A DNA stretch of 42,849 nucleotides from Anthoceros angustus (lineage: Eukaryota > Plantae > Anthocerotophyta): NCBI GenBank assembly GCA_010909165.1, contig VJWM01000354.1:1-42849 (forward strand). Reading direction: 5' to 3'. Positions 39,084 to 42,849 of this stretch are shown here, in pieces. The number at the start of each line of letters is the position of its first letter. The stretch's first letter is position 1. The position numbers were made by a program, and so were the translations under genes. A model generated the notes under the pieces. That model saw nothing but the letters and a program-made list of their open reading frames with translations. It did not search any database and was not told the origin of the DNA.

Positions 39084-39701
39084 TCTGGAAGCCTCCAGGA
39101 GGCGCCAAATTTTTACCGATGCGCCTCTTGAACTGTGCCATTCGAGAGACACAATGCTTGAAAGTCAAGTGAAGGGAGGCCGCCAGCTGGACACAAGCTC
39201 AATTTGACAAGGAGTGCCTCGTTAAGTCATTCAAGATAACGAAACTTCCAACATATGTACCAATGTTTCATTATTATGCATGCAAGGAATAAAATTACAT
39301 GACCGTGACTAATGTCATGACATTGGTAGATTGAAAAATATCTACTAGCTGCCGCCAAGCTTCAGCAGCAATAGTAGCACCATCAATATGATGAAGAGTG
39401 ACTTCATCTAGACCCGAGATAAGGATATGCATAGCAAGCTTGTCTTGTTTCAATCAGGAGTCGAGGGCAGGCGAGGGCCCAATGGGCTTGAGGACAGTTC
39501 CATCAACTATGCCAAGTAGATCTCTGGTATTCAAGACAGAATGCATATGTTTGGACCATATTTCGAACTTAGTGTTGTCGAAACGGTCCTTCTCCTTAAA
39601 ATCAGATGTCACATTCATATAATTGATGATGGGAATGGGTGGCACATTTGGGGAGGAGGCCATTGTGATGGAATCAAGCAATAGTTGTTAAATAGAAGTA
39701 G

Positions 39702-39722
39702 ATATATATATATATATATATA
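39702..39722. repeat. (AT)n microsatellite
   Basis: About 10 AT units just upstream of the D gag ATG. Confidence 0.9.
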
Positions 39723-40661
39723 GAAGAACTGCTAACTCCAAGTCATGACAAGAAGCCAAGAAGTCTTCAAATATATAGCAATGCTTGAATATGAGCAAAT
39801 CAAGTGTTATTCTGATAAAGGTCCAGAAGGCCAATGTTAGTTGTGAGAAATCAAACAGCCCAGTGAACTATGCCACGATCGCTAGGGGCATGGCGTAAGA
39901 AAGTTGTGAATCATGGGCACATTGCACCGACTCGTAGAGTCCGATGAAGATGATCCCAAAGATGATGACACTCCAAATGGAATAGCTCTTGAGCAGTAGC
40001 ACCAGCTCGCTCATAAAAATAATGCTGAGTAGCAATGTCGTCAGATTGAAGGCGCGGCGACAAGGGCTCTTGTTTGATTGCTGAAGCTGGAATAGATATA
40101 AGAACGACAGCTGCGGGTGACTTATAAAGAGTTACCGAGCTACCAAAAGTCACGTCCGCTGGCCGAGGAGGCACATCTAATCGGAAGCCAGGAACCTAAG
40201 ATATCAGAGGATGGAAATGGGTAAGAGGGGGTGCGAAACGGCACCCCGAAAGAAACTTTATTAAGTTTTTAAGGGCCGGGGCACCGATTCGTGGCCCTCC
40301 GGTACGTCTTCACGCTGGGGCCTTGCCGCGATGCCTCCAGCGAGCGGTGTAGATCCGACTCCTTCGATCTGCACCGGGGACAGATCGCCTAGGGGCGCAC
40401 CAGGGCAATAAAAGCGCGCAGTCTAGGCGCCTAAGAGGGATTAAGAAGGAGGCATGCGGCTGTTGTATGGCCAACTATCTGGACTTGGATGCCTGGAGGC
40501 GTGGCTGCAGGAATCTGGGGCTGCAACTGCATGTGGGCGTCCGTACCACCAGAAATCTGCATACCAGAGCGATGCACCGTGGATGGCGGGCAGTTGCAAC
40601 AGAATTGCTGAGTCTCCAGGCTAGAAACCATTGTGTGACATTTGATCAAATCTCTGGTCGA

Positions 40662-41527
40662 TTATGAATCTGTTGGTAATCCAGCTATAGGGACCTCAAC
40701 GGCCTGCAGTTTTGAAGAGGGGAAAGCTGTAAAGCGGGCGTCTTTGATTGGCGAGCCACCTTGTGTAGCCTCTATGATAGATCTCTGCTTAGAAGTCTGA
40801 AATTCTGAGAGAAAGGTTGTAGCAGCAGAAATGTCTACCTGCAGCTGTTGATACGAAATGCATTGCTTAGCAGGCTGGCTAGCTGGTATAGTTAAACCAC
40901 AAGAAGTTGCCTCAGGATATGAGGTCTCAAATCTACGTTGATCACATGCTGTGTGTGATGTATAAGAGCTGTGCAGGCTACCAGTTTGTTGTTTAGAAAG
41001 CACAGCAGATACGGGCAAGTGCCAAAAAACCTTGGGGCTTCCGATGCCTGAATCTTTGATAGAACGACCATTTGCCAGATACCACTTCCTCCTCCTTAAG
41101 CTAGTAAATAATCGATCATGCTTAGGTGACCTCTTTGTAGATGACAATTTTGAGGAGTGAGTTGGTGTGGCAGGAGTATATCGAGGAGAAACAGGGTGAT
41201 GCCGGAAAGATGATAATTGGTGCTGGCTGCTGGATACATCTCCACAATACCGTTGTAGACTTGAATCCGAACTTCTTGACCAGCGTCCTTTAGGAAGATT
41301 TGACATCCAAAAGTTTGGACAACTACAGGACGAATCAAGAAAGTTGTTCTTCCTTCCATTGTTCGAAGATAAACAGAGAGAGCTTTAGCAATTGTTGTTC
41401 CTAACTTTAGAAGATTTCTAAAGATAGAGCCACGTGGTGATGAACGAGAGGAGTGGTGATGACCACCTCTGTTGTGATCTCTAAGTCTTCTAGCACTAGT
41501 TTTATTCTTTGAGTGTGTTCTTGCCAT
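40662..41527 (-). CDS. Unknown ORF between PBS and gag of D (143-aa frame plus overlapping 214-aa frame, probably one gene with a frameshift)
   Basis: MARTHSKNKTSARRLRDHNR... (41527-41096) overlaps the long open frame 41306-40662. Confidence 0.45.
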
Positions 41528-42321
41528 GTTGTGACTTTAAGTGAAATAAGAACGGAACGAAGTCTTGTGCAAGGAAGAATGATAGCGTGGCAATGAGCCA
41601 TGAAACTTTAATGAATATAAAGGTTAATCATAGAAGAATCCAAATTATTTTATTAGTAAAATATGTTTGGTTGAATATAAAAGAATCTATGAATAAGTAT
41701 AAAATAGTTGCATAAAAAAAATACCAAAGGCATTAGAAAGACGTTGCATATTAGAAGAACATCTAGATTCACATCATACTGCATGATGAACTTAATAATC
41801 AAACTATGCTTTGATACCAAGTTTGGGGTGCTTTGCGGAAGCGTTTGATCAAAGTTTAGTGCTTTACTAATTGATACAACTGATTACAAAAGGTGGGCTT
41901 TAGCCTTTTATACGTGTCAAGAGTTGTACCTCTTGATTACTAGATACCAAAGGGTATGACCATGCTGGGTTAAGCTAAGCCAACCATAACCAACGCGGTT
42001 TGTACTTCTAACTCTTTTCAAGGTTGAAGGATAAGGTTCGGCGGACGTGCGATCCGCTCTGAACCGCGACGAAGGAGATCGTCACGACCAAAAACCAGGG
42101 TAGCAATGAAAAGCACGCGTTCCATACCTGTACTCGGACCCCAGCGATGGGAGGATGTCTGGGCCTTATGCTGGCGCCCTTTCCCACTGCGGTCCAATGA
42201 ACTTTAGGCAAGAAATCCGCCAGAAATGACTATCGCCCTGGTTGAATTACAGGCATGCCCAAACAAAATGCCCGGCGATCTCGCGCTAGATTTTGAAACG
42301 TCAGCCGCATCGGATGAACGG

Positions 42322-42766
42322 CTAGATGTCTTCGCGAACCGGAACGATTTTTCGCCCCATTCCTCGACCAATTGTTCCTGGCGCTTTTCATGCCGCTAAT
42401 CAACTGGCGCTCCTTCATCGACGCGATCCGCAGCGCGATTTCCGGCGTGTGGAAAACCCCAGCCAACGGCAGCCGCCCCATACATGGCAATACGCCATCG
42501 GGTTGGTCAGGATACCGCCAGAGCCTGAAAATTATGGCCGCCCAGAATCAGCTTCAGCAGATAGGGATCGCCCCGCACAGATTGAAGCCCCCACGCAATA
42601 GGCCGCATATTTTTCCGGACGCCGGTCGATGAACAGCGCAACCAAGGTCGGCGCCATACCGATCAGCAGCAACAGAACGGAATGAAGGCCACCAGCGTAA
42701 TCAGCGGCAGCAGGACCCAAACAATCAGGCCCCGCTTCTTCTTCTTTGTTGAACCCGTGTCGCCAT
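42322..42766 (-). CDS. Bacterial-type (alphaproteobacterial, Rhodospirillales-like) conserved hypothetical membrane protein, read across indels
   Basis: KKKKRGLIVWVLLPLI..SVLLLLIGMAPTLVALFIDRRPEKYAAYCVG.FNLCGAIPYLLKL..YGAAAVGW..RQEQLVEEWG. Intronless, with an AAGG upstream of the ATG. The family was recognised from memory, not by a search. Confidence 0.65.
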
Positions 42767-42781
42767 ATCGGCTGCCTTAAG

Positions 42782-42849
42782 TCATAAGGAAACGAAGACC
42801 GCAATGGCGGTCGTGATGCTGACCAGCACACCACCGATCGCGGCGGCCA
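42782..42849 (-). CDS. C-terminal hydrophobic end of an upstream bacterial-type gene (runs off the window)
   Basis: AAAIGGVLVSITTAIAVFVSL*, stop 15 nt before the next ATG (operon-like spacing). Confidence 0.45.
   Translation of the reverse strand, partial: AAAIGGVLVSITTAIAVFVSL

Larger units (their letters stand above)
39084..42020 (-). mobile_element. 5' part of copia element D (LTR ~41821-42020, PBS 41808-41819, extra ORF, truncated gag 39663-39084)
   Basis: PBS TGGTATCAAAGC; gag MASSPNV..SDFKEKDRFDNTKFEIWSKHMHSVLNTRDLLGIVDG, homologous to the gag starts of A and B. Confidence 0.8.

Noticed and set aside
40380-40440. CGCCTAGG/AGGCGCCT motifs reminiscent of hAT subterminal repeats
   Set aside because: No TIRs or 8-bp TSD were found.

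Overview
Land-plant nuclear DNA, probably a non-seed plant (compact 70-170 nt introns; organism not identifiable from sequence alone). The assembly looks clean in unique genes but is full of indels in repeats. Two convergent host genes: a SUO-like TFIIS-N/EAR/GW protein (+, 4376-9188, one intron, no BAH exons visible) and mitochondrial ATP synthase gamma (-, 8 exons, 329 aa). From 13.3 kb onward is a nested TE cluster. Copia A (+) is split in its RT by copia B (-, 160-bp LTRs, AAGCA target-site duplication). B carries a ~10-kb DDE DNA-transposon-like insert with cargo ORFs. An isolated LTR+PBS (E) and a 5' copia fragment (D) follow. Two main observations: (1) all three copia elements (A, B, D) have a non-gag ORF between the tRNA-iMet PBS and gag, and B also has an antisense ORF between pol and its 3' LTR; (2) the last ~830 bp look alphaproteobacterial and begin exactly at the inferred outer edge of D's LTR, so this is either HGT later hit by a retrotransposon or a chimera. 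Several 0.25-1.25 kb tandem duplications may be assembly artefacts.
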